DNA of 32,000 nt from an uncultured Candidatus Saccharibacteria bacterium. Its GTDB lineage: Bacteria > Patescibacteriota > UBA1384 > XYA2-FULL-43-10 > 1-14-0-10-43-13. Position 1 is the stretch's first letter, and every line of letters begins with the position of its first letter. Positions 1 to 9,079 of the stretch are shown one piece after another. A program made the translations under genes and the position numbers. The notes under the pieces are model-generated. The model did not search any database. It was not told the DNA's origin and was given only the letters and a program-made list of their open reading frames with translations. The stretch is from positions 1 to 32,000 of the forward strand of contig CAZIYE010000004.1 of the NCBI GenBank assembly GCA_964543385.1, written 5' to 3'.

Positions 1-253
1 AGGCTGGAAGAGCTACACGGGTGGAACGTTGGATAGCGATGATTCGGGATTCAAGAGCTTGGCGACGCTTAAGGAGTTCTTCTTGATGGGCGTCGATATC
101 AGTCTCTTTGTGAGCGATGGCTTCAGCTTTTTGTTTATCTTCTAGCGACAAACCATCAACAGTATCCACAGTAAAATCTGTAGATTCTTCTTCGATATTG
201 AACCATTTTTTAAACGGATTAAAAGAGAACAGAACGCCCTCCAGAAATTTTAG
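1..253 (-). CDS. partial ORF, hypothetical protein (runs off the window edge); possible start at 232
   Basis: Minus frame open from 253 to 1: ...LEGVLFSFNPFKKWFNIEEESTDFTVDTVDGLSLEDKQKAEAIAHKETDIDAHQEELLKRRQALESRIIAIQRSTRVALPA. No ATG/GTG/TTG in the first part; GGAGG lies 5 nt before an in-frame CTG. Confidence 0.4.
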
Positions 254-394
254 TTATTGTTTACATTTTACCGAAGGAATACTCTTTAAGCAATAACTAC
301 AGTTGAGGGAAAAAGCCTTGATTTACTTTTTCCTCATCCTTATCTTCTGATTGAGGGATTTTAGTTTGTCATATATAAATAATACTATTTAGAA

Positions 395-1129
395 TTATTT
401 ATATACTCCCTTTATTATATTCTTTCTAACTCTCCAAGCATCACTTACCATGCGCAAGCCGTCCTTAAGTGGATTTACAGTAGAATGAGGATTATCGTAC
501 CAAACGATTCCAGCCTCCTTGGTTTTATATCCTAACCTCTTGGCAATTGCTAAAATTTCGATATCAAAAGAAAAGCCATTGATAGTTTGGCGTTTAAATA
601 TTTCTTTGGCAGCCTTACCATCAAATAATTTAAATCCACACTGAGTATCTTTTATACCTGATACAGCCAATAATTGTATTATTGCATTTAATCCTCTACT
701 GCCCATAATACGGATGGCTGATTGTGGCACTGCTAGTCTGCCATCTTCGCAGTAACGCGAACCAATAACTACCTCATATTTATCAATATATCTTAGCAAT
801 TTATCTGCCTGCTCAATCGGAGTGGAATTATCAGCATCTGCAAATAGAATATATTTGCCATTTGCCGATAAAATACCTTCTTTAATCGCTCCACCCTTAC
901 CTTTATTGACTTTATTATCGATGACTGTCAAACTTCTTAATTTATCACTGTATGATCTTGCTACTTCTACTGTTTTATCAGGAGAGGCATCTGCGACAAC
1001 TATTGTTTCAATCTTAAAATTCTTCGTTTTTTCGTATTTCGCGATTGCCTCCAATATAATATGGATTCTTTCTTCTTCTTTATATGCCGGAACTATTATG
1101 GAAAGATAAAAATCATTCATTAGGATCAT
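395..1129 (-). CDS. GT2-family polyprenyl/dolichyl-phosphate glycosyltransferase (DPM1/Alg5-like)
   Basis: ORF 244 aa; YLSIIVPAYKEEERI, VVADASPDKTVEVA, KGGAIKEGI, LFADADNSTP, DTQCGFKLFDG motifs typical of DPG/DPM synthases. Confidence 0.88.
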   Translation of the reverse strand: MILMNDFYLSIIVPAYKEEERIHIILEAIAKYEKTKNFKIETIVVADASPDKTVEVARSYSDKLRSLTVIDNKVNKGKGGAIKEGILSANGKYILFADADNSTPIEQADKLLRYIDKYEVVIGSRYCEDGRLAVPQSAIRIMGSRGLNAIIQLLAVSGIKDTQCGFKLFDGKAAKEIFKRQTINGFSFDIEILAIAKRLGYKTKEAGIVWYDNPHSTVNPLKDGLRMVSDAWRVRKNIIKGVYK

Positions 1130-1141
1130 TCCTTTCAGAAA

Positions 1142-2992
1142 TTAGTTTTTTTGAGTATTAAATATCGGATTTCCAATTATGCTGTTTGGCGCAATTACTT
1201 TAGTTATTGGATAGGGCGAGATAGGGGGATTGTTTCTAATATCATCGATAGTAATATTAAAGACCAATATAGATCCGCCAATAATAGCTTTTGGAGTCAT
1301 CTTGTCGAGCCAATGATACGACCACTTACCTTCCTGCTTTCCAACTAGTTTCGATGACTGATAAAAGGTAGCGGAAACCGCCAGCCAGCCTGTAGTAGGA
1401 CCATATTCAGAATGCCACTCGCTTGCCTCTGGAATATAATACTTTGGAACCGATCCGCCAAAATAGTCAACCTTTATATTTTTAATATCATTTTCATCAA
1501 TATATTTTTTTAGTCTTAGTAAATCCTGACCCCAGTCTAAAGACGAATCTATTAAGCGCGTATATCTTTTATCCTTGGGGGTTGCCTCATTAAAATAAGA
1601 GATGAAGTTTGGATAGTTAGAAACAGTGGAGATAATCATATATACAATCAAAACTAAGACGGCCCAACATGAAATATTTTTATATTTACTAGCGAATAGT
1701 TTAGAAATAGTATAGCCGATCAACATAATTACAAACGGAACTGTTGGTATTAAATGGCGGATACCGATATTTAATGATCCCTTTAGAGTAAAAGCCCAAT
1801 ATACAATTATTGGAGTCAGCAGCAGAGTCAATATCCATTTATCTTTCTTGTCTTGTGGCCAAGCAAATATCAACCAAATAGTTGATATTAAAACTAGGAG
1901 AATAATCGGAATTTGTGTCTTTAAAAGCCAAGCAACTGGAAAATACCAAGAGATAGATTTATCCGATGAGTGTCCCATAATGAATGTCTTATTTCCACCT
2001 TCCACCCTGGCGACAACAAGCATAATTCCCAGCGTATAATGCCCCAAACCACGTGCAACTGGATTTGATTCAAATTTATGGGCAAAATTTCTAAGCGGTA
2101 ACGTTTTTGGATCTTGGGTAAGATTAGCCTCAATCAATTTGTGCTCGACATCAGCTGGTGTTTTCCAAACAAACGGTATATAAGCTATCCAGACAAACAG
2201 AACAGATAAGGCACAGACAAAGAAATATGATTTGAAGCCACCCAAGAAACCGGGCCCAAAACCACCTTTTTCTTTTCTATTAATTATTGCCTTAACAATC
2301 ACCATGATTAACAAAATTCCGAAGAGCAAAAACGCCGAAAACTTGAGCAGCTGTGCTAATGCAAAGGCGACGGCTGCTATTAAAATACTCTTCCAAGTAA
2401 ATTTATTTAACGCTCTATCAAAGAAGTAAATTGAAATCACATAGCCAAATGCAGCTGCGATATCTGTGGTTACAAGACGACCATGCGCTAGGACATCCGG
2501 ATAAAAAGCATAAAGAGTAAGGACAATGAGCGCGATCTTGCTGCCAAAAAGTTCTCTAGCCCATTTAAACAAAAACAAGCCAAGTCCAATCATCAGAAGC
2601 ATCATCGGTAATCTTGACCAAAAGAAAACCTCTTTCGGATTATTGCCGTTCTCATAAATCATGAACCAGCCAGCTTCCCATTGATTAATTCCGCTCCAAC
2701 TCCAGTCAGACTCTGGTCCCTTGATACCTTTTAATACCAGAGGAAAACCAGCCAAAGCTTTTGCAAGAGGTGGATGCTCTGGGTTTAATCGAAAATCCTG
2801 ATCGTTAATATAAGTGTAGCCAGAAGGTATATGGGCTATTTCATCAACAGTACCGGAATCCCCCGGATCGCCAAAAGCACCTTTTGAAGAAAAAAATGCC
2901 AAGGAGAACATAAAACCTAAAATAAATATCACCGATGAAGGTACTAGCCACTTTTTGTTTTTAATCATAAAAACATTAATTTTCTGAAACAT
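1142..2992 (-). CDS. PMT/ArnT-like phospholipid carrier-dependent glycosyltransferase, multi-pass membrane protein
   Basis: ORF 616 aa; many hydrophobic helices, DEIAHIPSGYTYINDQDFRLNPEHPPLAKALAG (N-terminal acidic/PEHPPL motif of PMT/GT83-like enzymes), GIRHLIPTVPF. Confidence 0.8.
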   Translation of the reverse strand: MFQKINVFMIKNKKWLVPSSVIFILGFMFSLAFFSSKGAFGDPGDSGTVDEIAHIPSGYTYINDQDFRLNPEHPPLAKALAGFPLVLKGIKGPESDWSWSGINQWEAGWFMIYENGNNPKEVFFWSRLPMMLLMIGLGLFLFKWARELFGSKIALIVLTLYAFYPDVLAHGRLVTTDIAAAFGYVISIYFFDRALNKFTWKSILIAAVAFALAQLLKFSAFLLFGILLIMVIVKAIINRKEKGGFGPGFLGGFKSYFFVCALSVLFVWIAYIPFVWKTPADVEHKLIEANLTQDPKTLPLRNFAHKFESNPVARGLGHYTLGIMLVVARVEGGNKTFIMGHSSDKSISWYFPVAWLLKTQIPIILLVLISTIWLIFAWPQDKKDKWILTLLLTPIIVYWAFTLKGSLNIGIRHLIPTVPFVIMLIGYTISKLFASKYKNISCWAVLVLIVYMIISTVSNYPNFISYFNEATPKDKRYTRLIDSSLDWGQDLLRLKKYIDENDIKNIKVDYFGGSVPKYYIPEASEWHSEYGPTTGWLAVSATFYQSSKLVGKQEGKWSYHWLDKMTPKAIIGGSILVFNITIDDIRNNPPISPYPITKVIAPNSIIGNPIFNTQKN

Positions 2993-2993
2993 T

Positions 2994-4505
2994 TCATCCC
3001 TCCGATATATTTGACCTTTTTGTTGATTTTACAGTGACTCGAAAAACACCTAAATATTTTCCTGTCATCAATCTTGTCTGAGATTCTAGAGCTGGCAGAG
3101 AAGAAAATATTATGCTCGAAATTGGCATTACAATCGGTGTCATTATCCAGTCAAGGATTATTCTTGAGAAAGGTTTTTTGCCTCGTCTAGGCGGCGCCAA
3201 TAATGTTGAAATCACCAAGGTAGTTATCATGCCAATCCAAGCGATCATTACAAATCTAGTATAAACATAAGGGAAGCTATAGGCCAATATGTCGGTCTGA
3301 AATCTTTGGTCGAAGACAACGGGGACCCAGGCAGAGCTTGCTAAAATCAAAGATGTGGTTGACCAAGAGAGATGAGACTCCCATAGTATCAATGCATTTG
3401 CCCATCGATCGAAGAAAGGTATTTTGTGGTTATTAAACGTATGTTCCATAACATATGGTATATCCGATACACCCCAAGACCAACGTTTCTTTTGCAGATA
3501 TTGTTCTTTCATAGTGGAAGTAAAATCCTCGGCCAAAACCGCATCTTGATAGATTGGCGTATACATCGGAATGACCTCATGTCTACCATTAAACTTATAA
3601 TATGTCCTCCAAAATTGATGACCATCCTCGACTATTGTCTTTGTTGACCAGAAGTCAACTCTAACCAAAGCCTCTAGACTCTGCGCATGAGCAGAAAAAT
3701 TACGAAGTCGCGATGGCCTTGTGGTCACAATCAACTGCCAAAAAGATGAACCCATAGCAATAAGGCGATTCATCATCGGGACATCCCAGATATTATTAAA
3801 AAACATAGGAATGGGCTGAAAACTTTTATGAACGGGGTCGGAATCAGTGACATATTTATATGTTAGGTCAGCCAAATATTGTTTGTCGAATATATTATCA
3901 GCATCCATGGTGGTGACGATGACATTTTCGTATTTGATACCATTTTCATCAAAATACTTGACTATCTGTCTAGCGGCATAAGTAATGTTACCACCCTTGC
4001 CAATAACTTCGCCAGGGATATCTTTTGGGTGCATAATAGACTCAAAATGACCAAGCTTAGCACTAAATTCTTTCTTTAAAATTTGAGCGTATTCAGTAGC
4101 CCTCTCCTTATCACGCTCCTCTGTAGCTAAAACATATACGATGTTTTCTGAGGGAAAACTAGAATTGATTACAGACTGGACCGATGATCTTAGTATTTCT
4201 ATGTCTTCTTTATAGGTAGGAACTATAACTAGATGGTGGATTCTTTTCCATGAATTTTCGGGAGTAACTTCATTTAGTTTCTTCAGCCAATTGGTCTTAC
4301 GATCTTTTTTGTAATGTGTATATCCTACAATAAGGCGATATGACATAAAGAAAGTTTTTACCAACCAAAAACTGATAAAAAATGTCATATAAATTGCAAA
4401 CGATGAGGGAGAAATAGCGGCTAAAATAATTGGCAAAAAGATAATTAGCCAGGCTAACAGGCCAGGTAATATTTCAAATAATCTTTTATATTTCCATGGT
4501 TTCAT
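2994..4505 (-). CDS. large membrane GT2 glycosyltransferase (cellulose synthase/hyaluronan synthase-like fold)
   Basis: ORF 503 aa; VVTTMDADNIFD, VEDGHQFWR, QKKRWSWG resembling D,D,(Q)xxRW elements, with flanking TM helices. Confidence 0.75.
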   Translation of the reverse strand: MKPWKYKRLFEILPGLLAWLIIFLPIILAAISPSSFAIYMTFFISFWLVKTFFMSYRLIVGYTHYKKDRKTNWLKKLNEVTPENSWKRIHHLVIVPTYKEDIEILRSSVQSVINSSFPSENIVYVLATEERDKERATEYAQILKKEFSAKLGHFESIMHPKDIPGEVIGKGGNITYAARQIVKYFDENGIKYENVIVTTMDADNIFDKQYLADLTYKYVTDSDPVHKSFQPIPMFFNNIWDVPMMNRLIAMGSSFWQLIVTTRPSRLRNFSAHAQSLEALVRVDFWSTKTIVEDGHQFWRTYYKFNGRHEVIPMYTPIYQDAVLAEDFTSTMKEQYLQKKRWSWGVSDIPYVMEHTFNNHKIPFFDRWANALILWESHLSWSTTSLILASSAWVPVVFDQRFQTDILAYSFPYVYTRFVMIAWIGMITTLVISTLLAPPRRGKKPFSRIILDWIMTPIVMPISSIIFSSLPALESQTRLMTGKYLGVFRVTVKSTKRSNISEG

Positions 4506-4837
4506 GCTGTGTGTACTAAATAAAATATTTCTAATATAAATATTAAAATTCCAACTATTATATTGCCCATCAAGAGCAGATAACCAACTTCTTTTTCTTT
4601 ATCATGCGCAGAAATTGAGAGCAAAGTATTCAAAATCATAATAATAGCGAGGTATTTTATAGGATAAATGTCGATCCGCAAAAGCACATAGACAGTTTCT
4701 CCAACAAAAAATGATTGCCAAATAAAATAGTCAATCAGAAACAAGATAATACTGGAAATCAAAAGGTAACGGTCTAACACATCGTCAAAGAGTGCTTCCT
4801 TCAGGAAGGAGTATGAATTTGTAATATATTGTTTCAT
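4502..4837 (-). CDS. small multi-pass membrane protein, hypothetical
   Basis: ORF 111 aa, several hydrophobic segments; 4-nt overlap with the downstream GT2 ORF, so probably cotranslated. Confidence 0.65.
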   Translation of the reverse strand: MKQYITNSYSFLKEALFDDVLDRYLLISSIILFLIDYFIWQSFFVGETVYVLLRIDIYPIKYLAIIMILNTLLSISAHDKEKEVGYLLLMGNIIVGILIFILEIFYLVHTA

Positions 4838-4849
4838 GTAGCTTATTAT

Positions 4850-4925
4850 TGGAGCCGATAGGCGGATTCGAACCGCCGACCTCTTCTTTACGAAAGAATT
4901 GCTCTACCAGCTGAGCTATATCGGC
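4850..4925 (-). tRNA. tRNA-Thr (anticodon CGT), CCA encoded
   Basis: Reverse complement GCCGATA-TA-GCTC-AGCTGGTA-GAGC-A-ATTCT-TTCGTAA-AGAAG-AGGTC-GGCGG-TTCGAAT-CCGCC-TATCGGC-T-CCA folds as a cloverleaf; anticodon loop TTCGTAA. Confidence 0.95.
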
Positions 4926-4926
4926 A

Positions 4927-5000
4927 TGGAGCGGGTAACGGGAATCGAACCCGTGACTCATCCTTGGGAAGGACGCATTTTACCACTAAACCATACCCGC
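4927..5000 (-). tRNA. tRNA-Gly (anticodon CCC), CCA encoded
   Basis: Reverse complement GCGGGTA...CGTCC-TTCCCAA-GGATG...ACGGG-TTCGATT-CCCGT-TACCCGC-T-CCA; anticodon loop TTCCCAA. Confidence 0.95.
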
Positions 5001-5080
5001 AAAATAGCTCTTCTAAGAATAGAATTTACCACTTATCATGGAAAATAACAACTAATATGGCCTATTTTTAATCGATGTCC

Positions 5081-5983
5081 TCACCTTATACTATCGTTAA
5101 ATCTCTGGAAAAAACTACGATAAAAATCTGGATTTCGCAGATTACACCGCAAATTGACCATATCAGTATCTTCGGATGTCAAGATGGGATTTATAACATC
5201 CTGCTTTTCTAATAAATAGTACATTATGGAATCATCATCAAAAGCATGGTCAAGGCCTATTGCATGGCCCAGCTCATGCATAAAGACAAGTCTTAATTCC
5301 TGAGTATTGCCGAAAGTGAATATCTCAATCTTATTCTCTGCCGGCTTGTATAGTCCTTGAGTAATAATCAAATTTTTCCGATCATTAACAATATTTTCCA
5401 AATTCTTTAAATCCGAATTATAATCTTCAACATTAAGGTTGAATGTCTTCGACATCGATATCAACTGATCATTTCGCTTGTCTAGATCAATTCTGGTCTT
5501 TTCTAACTGAGAGTATATTTTATCAGGAGCGCCTCCCTGGCTATTCCAATATGATACCTGTTTATTGTACTCATTTAGATCTGATTGAAAGTCACGAAGA
5601 AGTTGGTCAAATTTACTGCTAGCAGTTTCCACTGACTTACGGTTGGTTTCGAGATTCTGTGTTGCAAGATTCAAACGATCTATTTCTGCCTGCCTCTCAT
5701 CGTATATCAGATCTATTTTAAGTTTTGACTTATCATTGTATGTTAGTAACTTTTTGCCAGCATGATCATTCCATCGGCTAGCAGCATCTTTGGCCACTTG
5801 CTCAACAGAGTCTGCAGAGATATTAAAGCGCGAGTCCACATTGCCGATGCTGAAAGTTCTAGTCTCATTGCATTTTTTACTTAAATAAAAAACAAAGGCC
5901 GATAAAGACACTAATAATATCAATATTACAGCCAGAGGAAAAAGTATAAACGCTTGTTTTTGATTATTTATCACCTTTGTCAT
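5081..5983 (-). CDS. membrane-anchored matrixin-like zinc metalloprotease with long coiled-coil linker
   Basis: ORF 300 aa; N-terminal TM helix, heptad-like central region, HELGHAIGLDH matching HExxHxxGxxH, followed by a SIMY segment (Met-turn-like). Confidence 0.82.
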   Translation of the reverse strand: MTKVINNQKQAFILFPLAVILILLVSLSAFVFYLSKKCNETRTFSIGNVDSRFNISADSVEQVAKDAASRWNDHAGKKLLTYNDKSKLKIDLIYDERQAEIDRLNLATQNLETNRKSVETASSKFDQLLRDFQSDLNEYNKQVSYWNSQGGAPDKIYSQLEKTRIDLDKRNDQLISMSKTFNLNVEDYNSDLKNLENIVNDRKNLIITQGLYKPAENKIEIFTFGNTQELRLVFMHELGHAIGLDHAFDDDSIMYYLLEKQDVINPILTSEDTDMVNLRCNLRNPDFYRSFFQRFNDSIR

Positions 5984-6097
5984 AATCCGAATTATTACAG
6001 ATCTTATTTTTTATTATTATGCCATTAATTTTTAAATTAATCGATGCTACTGGCCTGTTCTAGATCAAAATATTAAAACAGCAAACAGATTCCGGCA

Positions 6098-6126
6098 TTG
6101 ATTTTTGATAGTGATAGTGTTATTAT
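6098..6126 (+). promoter_or_regulatory. sigma70-type promoter for tRNA-Asp
   Basis: TTGATT - 17 nt - TATTAT, ending 16 nt before the tRNA 5' end. Confidence 0.5.
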
Positions 6127-6142
6127 ATCTATGATAATTTGC

Positions 6143-6219
6143 GGGGTCGTAGTTCAGTTGGTTAGAACGCCACACTGTCACTGTGGAGGTCGCCGGTTCG
6201 AGCCCGGTCGATCCCGCCA
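6143..6219 (+). tRNA. tRNA-Asp (anticodon GTC), CCA encoded
   Basis: GGGGTCG-TA-GTTC-...-GAAC-G-CCACA-CTGTCAC-TGTGG-AGGTC-GCCGG-TTCGAGC-CCGGT-CGATCCC-G-CCA. Confidence 0.96.
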
Positions 6220-6220
6220 T

Positions 6221-6263
6221 AAAAAAACCCACTTGTGCATTCTGTGCATATGTGGGTTTTTTT
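6221..6263 (+). terminator. Rho-independent terminator after tRNA-Asp
   Basis: AAAAAAACCCAC ... GTGGGTTTTTTT inverted repeat with T-run, directly after CCA. Confidence 0.8.
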
Positions 6264-6289
6264 ATATTGATGAGACAACCTGCCGTAAA

Positions 6290-6679
6290 CTATCCCAGAG
6301 AGATTTGTTTCCTATAGGTTTCCTTTGCGTCTTTCATCTCGAAATTCAGCTTGGTATCGGCAAATTTTAGATGTTCCCTATATCTCTTACGTGCCTCGAT
6401 ACGCCCACCCTTGTCCCTGGCTGTCTCTAATGCAATAGCCAAGGCGCCATTGGCTGTTGCCCTTGATTTACGATAATCGGATTTAGCTTTCTTAATTCTA
6501 GTCTTGTAGTCCTTTTCATATTCCTTTTTTGTTTTGCGCTCCATCTGAGAAGAAGCTATTTTGATTGAACCATGCGAAGCATCCGCTCTAACCGGAACAC
6601 CATAACTTAAAACTACCATTAGAAGCAGAGAGAATATAAATGCCTGAGTCTTAATTGTGCTTTTCTGCCGTTTCTTCAT
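6290..6679 (-). CDS. exported, charged coiled-coil hypothetical protein
   Basis: ORF 129 aa; MKKRQKSTIKTQAFIFSLLLMVVLSYGVPVRADA looks like a signal peptide, followed by a K/R/E-rich helix. Confidence 0.6.
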   Translation of the reverse strand: MKKRQKSTIKTQAFIFSLLLMVVLSYGVPVRADASHGSIKIASSQMERKTKKEYEKDYKTRIKKAKSDYRKSRATANGALAIALETARDKGGRIEARKRYREHLKFADTKLNFEMKDAKETYRKQISLG

Positions 6680-6737
6680 TTTTCTCCTTTATTAATTATC
6701 ATTCACTATATTATACGAATGAAAGGAGGAAAATGTT

Positions 6738-7100
6738 TCAGCCCTTAAGTCTAAATATCTTCAGATATTTGCCGGTATCACAAAATTTCTTAGTAAAAAT
6801 AATATTGGACAAAATTAACAAGACAAGAATGCATAGGAATATGCCCCTATAATTGATAATGGAATGTAATAGATTTCCTATGTAGTTTTTCGACAATTCA
6901 AATTCAAGCAAGAAATACCAAAGACTGAACAGATAATCCTTATACGCTATCAGCACGATAGCGTCCCAACCTAGCAGAATTAATCCAAGAATCAAAATGG
7001 CATACCAGAAGCGTAATCTCCTCTTCAAAATTCCTACCATGATCACATAATGTAAATTATCTCTTCTTTTTGTTATCAACTTCTTCATCGTTTTTTTCAA
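6738..7100 (-). CDS. small membrane protein, hypothetical; real start may be ATG at 7040
   Basis: ORF 120 aa with about three hydrophobic segments; the longest form overlaps the upstream sigma factor by 44 nt, while MVGILKRR... (start 7040) removes the overlap. Confidence 0.5.
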   Translation of the reverse strand: MKKTMKKLITKRRDNLHYVIMVGILKRRLRFWYAILILGLILLGWDAIVLIAYKDYLFSLWYFLLEFELSKNYIGNLLHSIINYRGIFLCILVLLILSNIIFTKKFCDTGKYLKIFRLKG

Positions 7101-7653
7101 AATAACTTAGCAATGAATGTTTTGCACGCGAGATATAAGTTTTGACAGTATTTAATGGTATCTGCATTATTCTGCCTATCTCTTTATAATCAAAACCCTT
7201 CCAATAGAACAATTTTAGTACTTTTTCGTATTCCGGTCTAATTTTTGAGAGCGCCAAAGAAAGATCTATTTTGTTGTGAATTTCCTTCTCTGTTTTTTTA
7301 TACGCCTGGAAATCAACAGTTGTTTCAGAATTTGCTTCCAAATCATCAATATACTTCACGTGTCGAGTTTTTTTTCTCTTTCTCAGCATGTCATATATCG
7401 AATTCTTCACAATTGTGTATAACCATGTCGAAAAAGCATACTGAAAATTATATTTATTGATGTTATTAAAAACTTTCCAGAAGATCTCTTGGGTTAAATC
7501 TTCAGCATCTTCCTTGGAATTTGTATATTTTATGCAAAAATTGAATATTCTCTTTTCATAAAAATACACCAACTGTTCAAAAGCCGAAATGTCACCTTGC
7601 TGCGCTCTCCTAATCAGATCGTCATTAATAATTTCTTTTTTTTCGATTCTCAT
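7057..7653 (-). CDS. RNA polymerase ECF-type sigma-70 factor
   Basis: ORF 198 aa; FEQLVYFYEKRIFNFCIKYTNSKEDAEDLTQEIFWKVFNNI (region 2) and LPLNTVKTYISRAKHSL (region 4 HTH). Confidence 0.93.
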   Translation of the reverse strand: MRIEKKEIINDDLIRRAQQGDISAFEQLVYFYEKRIFNFCIKYTNSKEDAEDLTQEIFWKVFNNINKYNFQYAFSTWLYTIVKNSIYDMLRKRKKTRHVKYIDDLEANSETTVDFQAYKKTEKEIHNKIDLSLALSKIRPEYEKVLKLFYWKGFDYKEIGRIMQIPLNTVKTYISRAKHSLLSYFEKNDEEVDNKKKR

Positions 7654-7765
7654 GTTTAAGATTATATATTATCATGGCGCTGCATCACTATACCTATTTT
7701 TAGATGATTATTTTCTGATCTTTGTATATAATATTAAGGATCATTTCAATTTAATTAGGAGGACT

Positions 7766-8093
7766 ATGGATCAAATAATAGGAGAAAAAAATCCTGTAAA
7801 AAAAAAATAAAAGCGGCCTATCCATAATCACATTGGTAATCGTTATTGTTACAGCCGTCATTGTAATCTTCTATAGCTATAATAGATCGACAACATCAGA
7901 GGATGAAGGCTCAACTAGCCAAAATAAAACTTTTGATAATTCAATAAATGATACAAAGGCAAAAAATTCTGCTGTTGATATCAGTAAGATAGAAAATGAT
8001 CTGAAGGCTGTGGACACTGATATATCATCGGCTGATGAAGAATTAAAAAATGTCGATATTGGGTTAAATGATCAACCTGTCGATCTGAATTAA
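7766..8093 (+). CDS. TM-anchored hypothetical protein; N-terminus in another frame across a 10-A run
   Basis: TTAGGAGGACTATG at 7766 gives MDQIIGEKNPVKKK*, then a poly-A run; one base less gives MDQIIGEKNPVKKNKSGLSIITLVIVIVTAVIVIFYSYNRST... continuous with the listed ORF 7833-8093. Confidence 0.6.
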
Positions 8094-8105
8094 TTAAAGG
8101 AACCA

Positions 8106-8876
8106 ATGAAAAAGAATATCTATATTATAAAAGAAATACTGCTTTCTCTATTATTAACCATTTTGTTAATATTACCGGCTTATACTTTCGCTGCTCCAAA
8201 AGATAATTCTAATGCCGAAAAGCAAAGAGTTGACAATTTGAAAGAAAGAGCAAACCGTGAAATAGATCGAAGAGTTGCTTCTCTGAGTAAACTAACCTCA
8301 AGAATAAATTTGATCGTTAGAATTACAAGCGAGCAAAAAACATCCCTAATTTCCGAGATTTCAAAGAATATTACAGAGCTAACAGCTTTAAAAAACAAGG
8401 TAACTAGTGATACCGACCTGGCAACTCTGAAGGGTAATGTAAAATCGATAGTTGATTCATATAAGATATACGGAGTATTTGTACCCAAAATTCACCTACT
8501 TATCACTATTAATAAAACAGATCAGGCTCAAATAAAGTTATCAGATATTGCCCTAAAACTAGAGGATAGAATAAAAACACTCAAAGACGGCGGGAAGAAT
8601 GTGACGAGCCTTGAGGCAGATCTAATAGATATGAAAACAAACTTGGCCAATGCAAAAACAAAAATAGATGCTCTGCAAGAGAAAATTTTTGCAGTTATTC
8701 CAGCTGACTATCCGGGTAACAAGGGTATTTTAGTTGACGGAAAAAATGCCATGGCCTCAATAAGAAAAGATCTGGCTACTGCAAGACAGGATGCAGGGAA
8801 AATAGTTGAAGTAATAAAGGCAATGGATCAGGAAAGATCAACGATCAACAACACAGAAGAAGCTTCGAAAAAGTAG
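8106..8876 (+). CDS. exported coiled-coil protein, hypothetical
   Basis: ORF 256 aa; MKKNIYIIKEILLSLLLTILLILPAYTFAAP signal peptide, then long helical heptad-like region. Confidence 0.7.
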   Translation: MKKNIYIIKEILLSLLLTILLILPAYTFAAPKDNSNAEKQRVDNLKERANREIDRRVASLSKLTSRINLIVRITSEQKTSLISEISKNITELTALKNKVTSDTDLATLKGNVKSIVDSYKIYGVFVPKIHLLITINKTDQAQIKLSDIALKLEDRIKTLKDGGKNVTSLEADLIDMKTNLANAKTKIDALQEKIFAVIPADYPGNKGILVDGKNAMASIRKDLATARQDAGKIVEVIKAMDQERSTINNTEEASKK

Positions 8877-8881
8877 TTTTC

Positions 8882-9079
8882 TTAAGATTCTTCCTCATCC
8901 AAGATTCCCTCAGCCACAGATGGTATTTCAAGCAAATGGCATGAAGGTTCCCCACCTTCCTCCATATCCACCTCCACAACAGAATGTCCATGTCTCATGT
9001 GAGCATGCTCGAAGGCGTCCTCCTCATCAGATGTGCAAAAAGCGCAATCATCCTGCATGCAAATGTATTTTTTTGACAT
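8882..9079 (-). CDS. small Cys/His protein, DUF1059-like candidate
   Basis: ORF 65 aa; CMQDDCAFCTSDEEDAFEHAHMRHGH pattern of clustered Cys and His. Confidence 0.55.
   Translation of the reverse strand: MSKKYICMQDDCAFCTSDEEDAFEHAHMRHGHSVVEVDMEEGGEPSCHLLEIPSVAEGILDEEES

Noticed and set aside
255-270. AAAATGTAAA half-site upstream of the edge ORF, similar to the dnaK palindrome arm
   Set aside because: Only one AT-rich half-site and no second arm; expected by chance about once in a few tens of kb at this composition.
822-1109. Short plus-strand ORFs within the glycosyltransferases (822-1109, 1151-1348, 1848-2039, 2232-2429)
   Set aside because: Antisense to strongly recognisable coding sequence; no supporting RBS or motifs.
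6098-6370. 90-aa plus ORF across tRNA-Asp and its terminator
   Set aside because: It reads through the tRNA cloverleaf and terminator; clearly not a gene.
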